Assembly (NCBI RefSeq): GCF_006345805.1 | Contig: NC_043012.1 | Location: 47,368,001 to 47,432,000, forward strand | DNA: 64,000 nucleotides | From: Octopus sinensis | Taxonomy: Eukaryota | Direction of reading: 5' to 3' | Notes under the pieces: model-generated | Told to the model about the DNA's origin: nothing | The model's database searches: none | The model's input: only the letters and a program-made list of their open reading frames with translations | Translations under genes and position numbers: made by a program | Shown here: in pieces, positions 1-13,625 of the stretch | Layout of the letters: each line of letters starts with the position of its first letter | How positions within the stretch are numbered: position 1 is the stretch's first letter

Positions 1-227
1 TGCGCAAACATTTTGTTACCTTAATAATCGTTCGTGCACACTGACAAAACATTTCTACAATTCATTAGATTTATCAAATAACCACACCGTTCTGCATTTA
101 CCTATCAACACAATTATTTTATGAATAGCTAGTTTATCGACACTACATTACTATTCATAATATATAAAACCGCGCATCCTATTATCCAAAATCACCAATG
201 TTTTGTTTGCTCTCATTTTTTTGTTAA

Positions 228-430
228 GGCATTGAGCTAGGAGAGGCGTTAATATGACGAGCAAGATGCTTAGAGTCATTTCGACCCTCTATGCGATTTG
301 AGTTCAAATTCTACCTTGGTTGATTTTGAATTTCATCCTTCCGGGGTCGGCAAAATAAGTGGCAGTTGAATACCGGGTTCAATGTAATCGACTATACATT
401 CTCCTAAACTTACAGGCATTGTGCCAAAAT
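228..430 (+). mobile_element. Degenerate tRNA-derived SINE, family B
   Basis: Matches the better copies at 20419-20567 and 22115-22328 (gagct..., gagttcaaattc..., ttcatcctt..ggggtcg..aaataagt). Confidence 0.7.
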
Positions 431-569
431 TATTGATTATCGTTATTCCTGTATATTAACAGTATCCGCATGAAGTAAGCGGAAACTGAATATAGAAAAT
501 AGAAAAAATACCATATAATTTCTTAACGGTTACACTTCGCTTAACATCTATATAATAAAGGACAAAGGG

Positions 570-781
570 TCCTTCGTGAGTCAGATTTGTTGGACCAGTT
601 TCCTGGTTACAGTGACATATATACTCCCCACCCCGGTTTGTCGCAGGTTTACTCATTTTTGCCAGATGAGTGCAGTCAAGCAACGTGAAATAAAGTGTTT
701 TGCTCGTGAACACAACGCATTGCCTGACCCAAGAGTCGAAACCACGATCCTCAGTCCGACACCTTAAACACTAAACCACTT
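570..781 (-). mobile_element. tRNA-derived SINE, family C
   Basis: The reverse strand has a tRNA-like head (gtggtttagtg...ggtttcgactc). The body gcaacgtgaaataaagtgttttgctc is shared with 51600-51748 and, inverted, with 48297-48420. Confidence 0.65.
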
Positions 782-1136
782 ACCAAAGCAAAGTTATTGC
801 ATAATTTCTCGTGATTAGTCTGTATTGCTCAGGCGCAGATACTTTAACAACATAAATTCCTTTGAATCATAACGGCCATAGATTCACCTATCCCACTGCG
901 TAATAATTTAATGACGTTCCCTGTAACATATTTTAGTCGTGCTTATGTTTGTTGATATCCATATAATGTACGTCTTTCATTACACATAGTTCTTTTTTCA
1001 ACTTGACTGCAAGTGTATCTCACGATGTTTTATTAACGTCACTAATTCTGAAAAACAAATTTATATGTTTGTGTGTGTACACCTATCTATTCATCTGCCC
1101 ATATGTGTGCGTGTATATATATATATATATATATAT

Positions 1137-1579
1137 AATTTCAACAATTGAGGGCAAAATTAATTAATTATTAATCAATTTCACCAAGTGTTCAGTATGC
1201 AAAGGGACCATTCAAGGCGAATTCAAATTATTACATTATATAAAAGGGCTTAGTAAAATAAATTACTTTGCCGCATACTGAACTCATTAGAAATAGCAGC
1301 TAAAAAACTTTTTTAAGGCTATTTCTAATACTTAAAGAAAATCTCTCTCATATATAGTGTTTGCATAATTTAACTCACAAAAGTTTGGGGGTAATGACAT
1401 CGAATTTGATTTTTCGATGTCATTACCCCCAAACTTTTGTGAGTTAAATTATGCAAACACTATATATGAGAGAGATTTTCTTTAAGTATTAGAAATAGCC
1501 TTAAAAAAGTTTTTAGCTGCTATTTCTAATGAGTTCAGTATGCGGCAAAGTAATTTATTTTACTAAGCCCTTTTATATA

Positions 1580-1581
<2 letters not shown>
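1137..1581. repeat. (TA)n-flanked fold-back element containing a ~170-bp-arm palindrome
   Basis: 1235-1404 is the reverse complement of 1413-1581 except for one indel in an A/T run. The spacer is 8 nt and (TA)n lies on both sides. Confidence 0.9.
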
Positions 1582-1632
<51 letters not shown>

Positions 1633-4141
1633 GCGCGTGTGTGTGTTTGTATACAGAAACATTATTTAACGCGTCTCCTTCAGAAACATGTCCTGAAAAC
1701 TAAATGGTTTGTATAAGTAAAACATACTTATCTATAATGCATAATAAACCATTTACATCAGCATTAATATAGTAAATGTAGTTTCTGTAATAAACCAATT
1801 TATTGTTTAGTCGATGAGGTCCCTCTTCAAACTCAAGATACGTTCCACGAGTGATGTTCCGTTTATTTCAGTGCTGCTACGGAATGAAAGAAGGCATATC
1901 TTGTGCTTATCTTGTTTTATGATTGACGCTATGAAACTGTGGGTAATTCTATACTGTATAATTTCTATAAAGGGAAGAGATTATCTTTGGGAATTATTGG
2001 GGTAAGTGGTGGATTGTTCCGTTTGCATTCAGCTGGATCGTGTGTATCTTTCTAATGCGTTTCTTTTTCCGTTTGTTTTTTATGACTCTGTTTACCTGTG
2101 CTGGCAAGCAAATTTACCTTAATAGTGTTCTTATGATAACTGTAAAAGAAATACATATTACTGTGATCAAACGATGGGCCTGCCAAACGATCAATCAAAT
2201 AGGAAAAGTAGAGACCAATTTTCCCTTAAAGCATCAGGTTTCGTGACAGAAAAAGGAAATCTGGGTTTTGTAGTATTTGATGTGCAATATCTGATTAACA
2301 CAAACCCATGGTGGGAACAGGTGGAACAAGTTTGATTGCAGGTTACCTTAATGAAAATTACCAATGAAAATAATAAATGTTTCGTGATCGATCTTAATAA
2401 ATTTTGTATTCTGTTTGATATTATGTTTGTGATATCATGGAGAATACACCAAATATTTTATTTCATGAATATGAGACGTTAGTAAGGTGTATGTATCACT
2501 ATGTAGTGTGAGAAATAGATGGATCCTCGTTGATTTCAATGAGGAGCATTCGATGATTCGATCAACGAAATTTCCTTCTCCTTAAATTGATGATAACAGA
2601 TTGGTTCAAGATTTAATTTTTGCCACTATCATGAACTCAGTTCTCAATCTGAACACCTTACTGCATTAAATGAGAAGGACTGTCAGTTAAATTTACTGGT
2701 AAAATATTTACAACGAGCGTCCAGACACATTTGTTTCTCCAAATTAGAATGTTTGCAGCGACCCGAGTCCAGTGTAAAAGGCATTCCTCTGCAATAGCGC
2801 GCAGTGAGATAGTACCTACGAATAAATCTTCTGAAGCACTCAGGTATTCTTTTTATATAAAACTGAGTGCAATTTATTATTTTTTTACAGACTGATGGAC
2901 CATAGCATTGTAAGAGAATCACGTGAAATCGTCCAATGTTATCCGTTTAAAAAACCCCTCTACTTTTGCTTGTATACAGCAGCTTCCCATTAATTTCTCA
3001 CGGTGATAATAAGCTATAATATCGTTATTATTTTCATTGGTTTCGGCTCATCCAAATTAATGCTATATAAGAATACACAAGAGGAATTATCATTTAGATC
3101 TTCGTAGAGTTGACAATGTTTAAGGGACCTAATCAAGAAGCATTCTCCACGAGGAAACTATTAGAGGAATTAGTGTATATCGGGTGCATAAAAGACGAAA
3201 ACAAATTAAACTTAAATTAATAATTTAAGATTAATAATTAGATTGGGAAAATATTTTCTTAGTCGATGCATAATAGATTTTCAGCTGGTTCGATATTCTT
3301 CTGAGTACATCAGGAAAGCATAGATAAAACTATAGAAGAATGTGTACGGATGAAAGAATTCGACAGTGAGAAACCAAATCTAGTAACTGAAATTAATATT
3401 AAATCTTCACTAATGCTATTTTTTATTCTGTGCTGATTATTATTTCTAGTTTGATTTCTTCTCTAGGGTATGCATTAAAGGTTACCTGTTGTTCGTTACG
3501 TAGAGCACCTAGCAACAATTCGTCTCTCTTAACAAATAAAATAAATTTGCAAAGACAGATGAAATGCCGCTAAGCATTTTGCCCGATATACTAACGATTC
3601 TTCCAGCTGGCTCCTGTGGCTACTTTTATATTGCATACCATTTTGTCCTCAACTGAACGTTTGAGAAATATATCGATACATAATATGTCAGTTTTTAAAT
3701 TATAAAATATTGATAAGTTCTACTAAAACCTTACATATAATACCTTGTTGCCGTTTTCACTCAGATACCTATTGGCAAGTAATGGCAAGTAATGGCAAGT
3801 ATTTATTGACCTTTTTCTTTCCTTTAAAAATTGGCACGAACTTTCCGGACTACCCGATATATTTTATATAAAGCTTAAACCTTATTAAATGCTATACTTT
3901 TATGCTGTTATTTATTTCAACTTCCTTTTTCATAAATGTATAATAATTTAAAGAATTCTTCAAATGCCCTTTCGTACTTCTTTAGTTTTTGAAATTTGAT
4001 TTTCCATCAAGATGGAAATATGCATTTGGGAATCGATCCATACACTGCATACGCAGGCACGCGTATGTGAGTGGGTGGGTGTTTCTGGGCGCCATTTACA
4101 GAAACTGGGAGAGAACCGCTAAAAGGATTGGTTTTCTATTA

Positions 4142-4210
<69 letters not shown>

Positions 4211-5740
4211 TGTGTGTGTCTGCATTTGCGAAATTTATCTCAAAATGTTTTTCGCTGCACACGTATAGATCTAACAGAAACAATTTAGGAAATGGATTTG
4301 ATTAATCGACAAATTTAGTCAGTTCTATTAATGTATGAATTTTAAATTCTTATTGGGAAATGAAGGTAAATTCGTAAATTAATTTCTTAATTTTGTCTTT
4401 GATTAAATCTCGATTTTAACAATATTTTAGGTAATATTTTGTTTTAGTTAATTTTGTCATTTATTTTGCGATAAATGTTAGACACTATTAGAATTTCATG
4501 AATATGATAAATATAGAACTGGATTCGTCTCTCATGAATATATCATTAATTGTTTTAGTACTTGGACTTGTTTGCATGAAGAGGCTTATGAACAAAAAAA
4601 CATCCAGAGAGTGAAATATAAAAAATTTAAGAACCTGAGCTATACTTCGAAAGACATATATCTCTTCTGTTTCCCAGTAAGAATGACTACGTAAAAACAT
4701 TTTTTAACCTGTAGTATCTTATTTCTGTTCGGTCCCTTAGGTTTTCTTTTGGCTGGGAGTAAAATACAACTGACATACAAAACCTTCAACCATAGTCTTC
4801 GGTCGAAATCGGTTTAGTCAAAACGTTGATTATTGAAATATATAGTCAAATGCAAATTATAAAAGTTCCAAATAAGTTAAATACAAAAACAAAATTAAAA
4901 ACAGCAATTTAATGTCTTGTAACATCACACTAATGGCATATTTCAAGATATTAATTTCAGAATTGAATTCGTGACATTCAAATGAATTTTACTTAATAAT
5001 GGAAAATCATTGATGTATTAATCTGACATGACTGTCAGAAAAAAGTACCGCAATATCGTAGTTATAACTGTCACATCCTTATCGTAAGATGGATTTAGAA
5101 TTCGAATCTACAGTCTGTAATGTCATTTTCTCTCATCAAATATTATGGATATATTAATCTAAACTTTAATCAATATAGAAAACGATATGGAATTCTCATG
5201 TTTTAATCATTGACTATTTTACTTTTCTGAAAGCAATTACAATTGAAAAAAAAATAAATAAAAATAACCATTAAACCAAAAATAAAGTACTTTATTCATG
5301 TAAGGAATGTATTTATATCAACAATGTGATAGCAAATATATCAGAGTCCTTTGATCATGAAACGCTTTGTAAATGGCTATGAATAAGAGGTAGGTGTGTT
5401 GGAAATATTTGCATCTCCTCTTTCATGTTCTACTATATAATACCATCGTGTAGATTTGAGTCTCGATCTATCTGTTGTGATATGAAATAAAATGCTACGT
5501 TTCAAATCTCTTGGGTCTGTATTAATACACAAGACAGGCAATTATGAATAGTTCAGTTGATTTCACTGTACCGACGAAAAACAATAGTTTTACAAATGAA
5601 AACTGAATCAATATTAAGTGGCTAAATGGAAAAATATGAAATTTAAATAAAAAATGAGTGTAAAATGGAGGGAGACGCTGTCTTTCTGGAAATACGTCAT
5701 GAAATAATGTTGATGAAAATATTTACTGTACAAAATTGTC

Positions 5741-5786
<46 letters not shown>

Positions 5787-7691
5787 TTGGTAAGTCGCAA
5801 AGAGAATTTAGCTATTATGATCGTCAATTTATGATCAAAAGAGTCCAACAGCGGCAATTCTTCCCCAGTCCGTGTTCAGCATATGCAGGACAAAAATATC
5901 CTAATTCTCATTTTCTAGGACGGCGACACACGATGAGAAGACTATTTCAAAACTAGTTTTAGCTACTCAAGTGATCACATAAACAAGCTATTTTGTTCGA
6001 TCATATGTATAACATATTGCCATCGCCGCCTTTTTAGTATCTTACCTCTTTTTAATGAGATATGAATTGATACCAGTTAGGTAATCAAGATAAAAATCCG
6101 ACATGTGCACATTTTCTGAAGTAGCAAACTGGATTCCATAAATGAATGCTATATTTCTGTTACAATGTTAACTGACAAAGAAATCACAGTTATTATTTTT
6201 TTATGAGCTGCGATCTATGAAAAAGTTTTCTTGTCATTATGTATATTATAACGATGATAAACAAAGAAATGGAGCAAAACAGTAGATCAATGGTAATATA
6301 TAATTTTAAAACCACATCTGATTGTTGGGAGGAAAGCGATTGTCAATACAACACGAACATCATTGTTAAAGCAATAAAACTGTTATTACAATATTATAAT
6401 ATTTTTTTCATTGATTCTGTAATTGACTTATAGCGGCCTACTGTGATATAACACCGATAACCATAAAATTCTCTAATTTACTTACAAAACTTTCGGATTT
6501 CATCATATTTCCATAGAATAAGAATAAATGTTACGAAAACGTAGTTGTTGTCGTTTATATTAGTAAATTTTAACTAACAACGCAAATATACCGATTTATT
6601 GGAAGCAAACATAATCTAAAAATAAATTTCAATAATATTATTTGACATCAAACAAATTACATTTTTATTGCAACCACTAAAATCGCAGACAAGACTCCCC
6701 ATAAGCTTAGAATAACATATAATTCATTTACTGCATGGGTTATTTTTCAAAGGAAAATATTTAATAGAATCATAATGACTAATACAAAGTTAAGAGAAAA
6801 GAAATGAATGGACATGACATTTGTATATTGCACTTCAAGTACAACTACGGTGTTTAGAATTTGTTTATATATGCAATTGAAACACAGTCAAATACATTAG
6901 ATTGTGTCAAACAAAAAAAGAATTTCCATTACAAACAGGTGTGAAATATGACATTATTCTTCATGTCTTCGATTGACTTTATGTTTGCTGCAACATATTG
7001 TCAGATATCAACCTAAACAAGAGCATAATTATTAAGTTTTTACAATGAATATCAACTAGCCAAAACCTTATTTTCACGTCTTTCGTTTATTATCACATTC
7101 TGAATATTAGGTTGAGTATACTGCGACAGAATGGCAATACGCCATAAGAACAGGAACTTGTTTGATCGAGAAAATATATTCTTCTTGTAATGTAATTGTA
7201 TAATCTAAATGTAACTTTGATGCTTGGCACAAATAAATATATTGCAACAATATGGAGCACAGTGAATAAGATTTACTGCCAGATGTCTTCACCAACATCT
7301 TCAAGTCTGCAGTTTATTTTAAAATAATACAGCAGCAATTTTAGTAATAACATTCACAGTAATTGTGTAAAAGGCTGAGGGATAACAGAACAGAAGAAAA
7401 CGAAAGAAGTGATTTAACATGTCTTTATTCCAGAATATGTGACTGAGATGTATAAAGAGACATGAAGTTATGATACAATTAGTTGTGCATTAAGAGTCAA
7501 ACAGGCAATATTAAAAACCTCAATAAATATTGTTGAATGTACACAATGACTTAGCTGTGTTTATATAATAACACTTAGACTGATTAGACTGATGAGATTT
7601 TCAACAGATTCCAGAAAAGCTCTCTTCAAGAACGAAATATCGTAAATTTATCGCTAAATATATCAAACTGTCGATGCATAAGTGAGTGATA

Positions 7692-7777
7692 TAAGAGTAC
7701 GTAAAGATAAATATCACCATTGCATCTCTGTTTTTAAACAGAGATGCAATGGTGATATTTATCTTTAGGTACTCTTA
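7692..7777. repeat. Near-perfect 86-bp palindrome
   Basis: 42-bp arms (taagagtacgtaaagataaatatcaccattgcatctctgttt and its reverse complement), 1 mismatch, 2-nt loop. Confidence 0.9.
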
Positions 7778-9281
7778 AATGTTAGTTAATGCCGTAGTAG
7801 ATAAATAAATATTTTGTACGAAAATGCAACGCCATTTGTCTATGAATTCACTCCATGTCTTCAAATTTACAAACTATTTCTTCTCCAACAAAATTTAGGT
7901 AGTATTTGTATGTACGAAATTAGTGATGAAAAAAACCTTAGAGTTTTACATATTACATATATTTATTAAAATAGAAGTAATTATGTTCTTTCATTAACGG
8001 TGAGAACCATTATGAAGTAATTGCTGATTTAATTTATTTATCTTTTTTTAATGTAAAAATGTTAACATGAACGAATATATTAGGTAAACAATTCTCTTTA
8101 TGCTGATTACTTCAGATTTCGTAATTGAGATAATTACAGGAAGCAGGAATATTTCATTGAATTGCGTATAGTAGAGGGCTTGCTCGTAAAATATTAGGCA
8201 GTGAAAGATTAACATTAACATACAAAGCATTCAGATATTTTGATACCGTGAATATTTCTAATACGTTCCAAAGAGATTCCATTACGTCGATCAACCTTAA
8301 CCCGAATTTAAAACTGCCATGGGGCACATTTGGCATTATGAAAGTGTGAGTGAAAGAAAAATATAACAACTTGTTTTTTTTTTGTTTTTTTTTTTTGTAA
8401 ACGCATACTCTGTTTACCTGCATATATTTGGATAAAAAACCGAGTATCTCTAGAGGCCCAGAAAGACCCGAAGTTATTCTTGAATAAACTCTGAAAGAAA
8501 AAGTAGTTTAACAACAATATCGGATGGCTACTCGAAAGAGATGTTGCAGTACATCAAAGAAATAAAGTTTCAATGGTGAGAGTAAGATCAAAACCCTCCA
8601 GGAAGCGAAAGAACTAGGACAAAATCTTGTACGTAACTGGAGTCTCACATGAACGTTTATGCGCAAGACATAAATGGAGTTTAAAAATACCAAATTTGTT
8701 TCTGTTTGTAGATACGATAAACGAATTCACATGGCAAAAACTGAAGGCCAATTGCATATTAAAATTTCCCTCTTTTTATCACTTCACTGTGTCTGTCTTT
8801 TTCCCACCCACGTTATTTCTTCTGTCTCTCTGTCTCTAACTCTCTCTTTTCTCTCCCCACTTGACCGGTGTTCGGCCAAGCCTGACCTTTGTTTCTTGGG
8901 TCAGCCGCTGTCCATGCAACATCTATATTCATCCCTGTGCCTGTGAAATCTTGTATCCCTGCCTTAAGGCTTTACTTCCTCACACACCAGCCTAATTTAA
9001 TTCGTCCTTAGACAAAAGACACTTCTTGTTATGTCCTGTTATTTGTATTTGTGTAACATTCTCCGTTTTTGTCCGTCCTTGTTTTAGTATACATTCGCTG
9101 CTTTCTACCAAGGAATTTAATGCTCTTAGCTTAGTTTTTCCTTGGGACTGGCCAGATTGGAGTAAACAAAACTCCGAATGACCAGCCCTTGTTTTCTTTG
9201 TAAGGTCTATCTGGATGTTTTGCGTTCTTGTCCTATGAGCAGGAGGTGAAGAGTTACAGTGCGGAATCGAAAAATATATTT

Positions 9282-9412
9282 GCCAACTAAATGTGGAGGA
9301 CCCATAGAGGACGATGTTACTGTTGTTTTTAGCACCAGGAAGACATCTTCTCCAGTTGACTAACGACACATCAGTAACATCGTCCTCTATAGAACCGCCA
9401 TATTTAGTTGGC
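9282..9412. repeat. Inverted repeat, 41-bp arms, 49-nt spacer
   Basis: 9282-9322 pairs with 9372-9412. The inner 19 bp (atagaggacgatgttactg) are perfect; there are 5 mismatches overall. Confidence 0.85.
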
Positions 9413-9488
9413 ATGCATATGGTATATGTATATATATATATATATATACATATGCATATACATATACATATATATATATATATATATG

Positions 9489-9521
<33 letters not shown>

Positions 9522-9946
9522 ATATATATACATATGCATATACATATCGTTAATCTTATATTTAACTGTCATATGTCCAAATTTGGCCAAATGCATTTTT
9601 CCAATGTATAATTTTGGTTGCAATAGCCGTTTCTTTTGGAAAAAATAACATATCTCTAATTGGTACAGATGCCAAGATATAAACATTTTCCAAGTGTTGT
9701 ACAACAGTTTGGTAGTTTTCAAAAGTGTAGTAAGTTCCACATACGACGGTTTTACAAATATATTTATGGCCGAAAATATCATAAAGGCATGGAGTTACGA
9801 TTTTATGCACCCGACTAAGTATTATTGTTAAGCTGAAACTGTTGCTAAAATACAAACAAATGGAATGGTAAAACTACTTTTTGCCGTCCTGAAAATGCAA
9901 CATTTTCGCTTACGACACTTTTGCATGACAGCAACGATATATATAT

Positions 9947-10073
<127 letters not shown>

Positions 10074-10077
10074 GTGT

Positions 10078-10233
10078 GTGGTTGTATACTGTCAACTTAA
10101 CGTGACAGTAAGTGAACTACATCACCGCTGTTTAGCCCTAGGAAGCATCGACGCTTCTTGTCGGCCTCGATACACTTCCGGCTATACAGCGGTGGTGTAG
10201 TTCCCTTACGTTAAGTTGACAGTATACAACCAC
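10078..10233. repeat. 156-bp long hairpin (MITE-like or hairpin RNA)
   Basis: Perfect 26-bp outer arms (10078-10103 / 10208-10233), a 6-nt bulge, 28-bp inner arms with 3 differences, and further short stems around a 15-nt loop. Confidence 0.85.
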
Positions 10234-10278
10234 TGTATCGCCCCACCACCGTACATATCTCTATGAGATATTTAGAAA

Positions 10279-10327
<49 letters not shown>

Positions 10328-10330
<3 letters not shown>

Positions 10331-10460
10331 GAGGGTGTGCTGAAGAGTCCCAGGCTATAAGAGTGTTGCGGAGGCCTAGCTGGAGCTCGGAATCATCCAC
10401 AAGGATAGCAATAATATAGCCATGTCAAACGTTGAAGAAAGCGCCTCATGAAGTAATCTC
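10328..10460 (+). mobile_element. Possible mariner-type terminal inverted repeat remnant
   Basis: TA followed by cgagggtgtgctgaagagtcccagg resembles mariner TIRs. I found no partner TIR and no coding sequence. Confidence 0.3.
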
Positions 10461-11581
10461 CACTGAATGATCTTCCATGCAAAATCAGAATTGTTGTGTG
10501 TTGTTTCTAGTAAACTGACGGACCACATAGAGTATTTTCAAATCATATTTCATAACACTTGTGTATAAAAAAATACTATTTTGCAATGTTTTTTTTAAGT
10601 AGTCAGCAAAGGGGCTTTATTGTAAAACATTTGCGATATATATTTTAGTAATACTATTCACTATACTGTACTCCCTTCTCAGTAAACATACAATTCATAT
10701 TCTTTCTTTTAATGTATTTTTGTCTATCTAAATACTTTTTCCGCTATTAATTCAAGGAATTGTCTGAAACTTCATATCCAGATTTTGATTTTCATATTCC
10801 TATTACAGAAGCTCTATAAACACATCGATAAAGATATTTCATTTCATTCCATCTTTAACCATTCATATATGTATATATGTTTAAAAGAACATTCCCATTA
10901 GGTTTCACCTTCTTACGTTTGTCTCTGAAGGCAAACGTAGCATTTTCCTTCAACGAGATTTCGCTGAGTGGCTGAATGTGTGCTATGAGTCGGAAGAAAT
11001 CAGATGAAAGGGCCACAAGGTATGGCCATTAAGCATTACTTTATGACTGCATTGCAGTTCCTACGAGAGTGTGCTTTTCCTCTAATGCACAGTTCGTAGC
11101 AGTCCGTCAAAGCGTTGACCGTAAGCTACAGATGATGAACAGTTATTTGATCAGTAAAAAAGAAAGAAAGAAACTAAATGAATTTCCTAATAAGAAATAC
11201 ATACCATTTGTAAAAGCATTTGTTCATAGACTGTTCTTTTCATTTTTTCATTTTTTTTAGCTGCTTCCAACAGTCATATACTTGCTAGAGGAAGATAGCA
11301 TCAGAGATATATTTTTGTTTGTTTTCATAAATTGACTACATTTTTCGACCTGTCAGCACTAAAAGAAACATTTTAATAGCATTACTTAAATGTTATTTAA
11401 AACATCAATCTCTGCATTTATGTACGTGAATATATATGTGTATGTTTGCGTGCGATACGCATGTACGCCTGTGGTTGTTGCATATTTCTCTTTCACTTTC
11501 TCTCCTTTCTAGTTTTCTCTCAATCCTGACACATGCGTGTTTGTGTGTGCGTATGTGTGTTCGTGAGTTTATCGATGTATA

Positions 11582-11667
<86 letters not shown>

Positions 11668-12179
11668 CTTGAAGCACCATCACACACTGACACACATATA
11701 TAAGTGAGTTTATGCGTGCACGTGTGTATGTGTATGCTAATTTTTATGTGACTGTACGTTAGTGATTCCATGCATCTGTGTCTTTGTTATAGATAATAAT
11801 GTATATAGAGGAAAATATACATTTCTACGTGCAGTTTGTAGCAAACATTATTAATGCAACAGTTCACCGTTTCTGCAGACATTCAACAGCATTTTATTAA
11901 CATGCTGGTGAGAAATCGTACAGTCATATTCAATCAATAACATTGCTTCCAATCATCTAGGGAAGAAATATCCAAACATTCGACAAAATAATCAAAATCT
12001 ATCATGGGCAAGCATTTGCTGAAGCTACGGTTCTTTCATTTCTCACGCTCATCTTCCACGCAGATCGTTTAGACGGATCTACAACTCTGGGTAAAATAAT
12101 GAGGAAGATTGATCACTTTGTATTTTCATTGATAACTGTAAGTCACAGTCATCCAAGACCCGAGCATTCCGACTAATGT

Positions 12180-13583
12180 GGCGTCAACATTTGCAAGTAC
12201 ATACGCAGAATCACTTAATATTGGGACAAAGTACTGTTTGTTTTGCGTTCTTCGAGGAGAACTTTATCGCGCACATTTGTGGCTTCGGAATCAAATACTG
12301 GAAACTGTTATAATCCACTTTGTTTCTCTCCTTAGATTTTTTTTCTAGTATCTACGTTAGGAATGTTTGTTAAAAAGGTTAATTAATGTAGATGGTGAGA
12401 ATGGCCATCACGAAGGAACTTCGATCAAGCTTATATACGTAATTCAATTCGGAAGACCCTGGTGAAAGTGTACAGGACTTTTCTTTTTGGTTATGTGGAT
12501 AATCAAGTATGTGGTTGGCAAACGGTATTGGTTACAGAAAGATGTCATCTACTTCATTTCTTTTGCAGATGATTAATAAAGAACAAAAGTAACCTTTCTT
12601 CGTGGGGATTTTAGACACAGACAGCAATCGACTGAATAGCCTAACGTGAATGAATTTCAATATGAAATTTATAGCCTGATATTGCAACAGTTCACAAGGA
12701 TAAATCTAGAGACACACAGCTAACGTTTCCCCTGCAAGTTCGAGGTACAAATAGAATGAGAAAGCATTCAATATTCAAACGTGCAAACTTCATTTAGTAT
12801 TCTTAAATAGATGTGAAAATGTGTAAAGGTGATACGCAGAAATATCGACAGTTGGCCTCATGATGATCTGAAAGAGATAAGTTTGGTGCTTAGAGTTAAG
12901 ATGTTTTTTGGAACATTTACCAAGACAAATAATTTTGGTAAAATACCGAAATTTCAATATCAACATTTCAGGTGATGTGAACGTGTCGTCTGGTCCCCCA
13001 ATATATAATCAGTTGGTTTATCTTTCCTGGGGATGACCTCACACGGTAGTGGGACCATCATTCAGAAGCTACAAGGGCTTTGACGAATGTGGAACAAAAT
13101 CTTAGCAATTATTTTCCCCAGAACGACTCCTATCTGGTATAGCAATACTTGTCAGAGCACCAGGTATGGGGAAAACGTCAGGCAACCACCCAGACCACAA
13201 TATTTTGACATCACAGTATGCGCATTGTGGATATGGCCTAATTTGGCTTACTAAGTGAATCGTGTATATCCCTGTATGCAGCGAATATGAATAGGCTAAA
13301 AATATGCCAGTAACCAGGTTCAACCAGTTCAGCTATGAAACGATCTGCGCTGGTGAAATATTTCAGCGAACGAAAGAGCAATGTGACAAAAGACCCTGGA
13401 CATACGTCCATGCTGCATCGCTCGATCGAGACATCTGGCGTGGAAGGCTTGAATTGGTCCAGTCAGGCCACACAACAGGATGATGATGACGATGATGATG
13501 ATGATGATGATGATGATCGTGGTGGTGGTGGTGGTGGTGATGGTGATGATTATGGTGGTGGTGATGATGATGATGATGATGAC

Positions 13584-13621
<38 letters not shown>

Positions 13622-13625
13622 GGAT
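12180..13625 (+). mobile_element. Highly decayed RTE-like non-LTR retrotransposon, 3' part with (GAT)n tail
   Basis: In-frame fragments FFLVMWIIK...DVIYFISFADD (RT motif, ~12480-12575) and C-terminal HAASLDRDIWRGRLELVQSGHTTG*, followed immediately by (GAT)n. Many stops and frameshifts. Confidence 0.5.
13479..13625. repeat. (GAT)n/(GGT)n trinucleotide microsatellite
   Basis: Directly visible. It produces the poly-Asp/His/Ile ORFs in the track. Confidence 0.95.

Noticed and set aside
2876-2915. Possible 19-nt micro-exon (ttttacag|...|gtaaga)
   Set aside because: Splice-like words are common in AT-rich DNA, and there are no neighbouring exons or homology.
8420-8760. Possible decayed coding sequence
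   Set aside because: It needs several frameshifts and I recognise no family motif.
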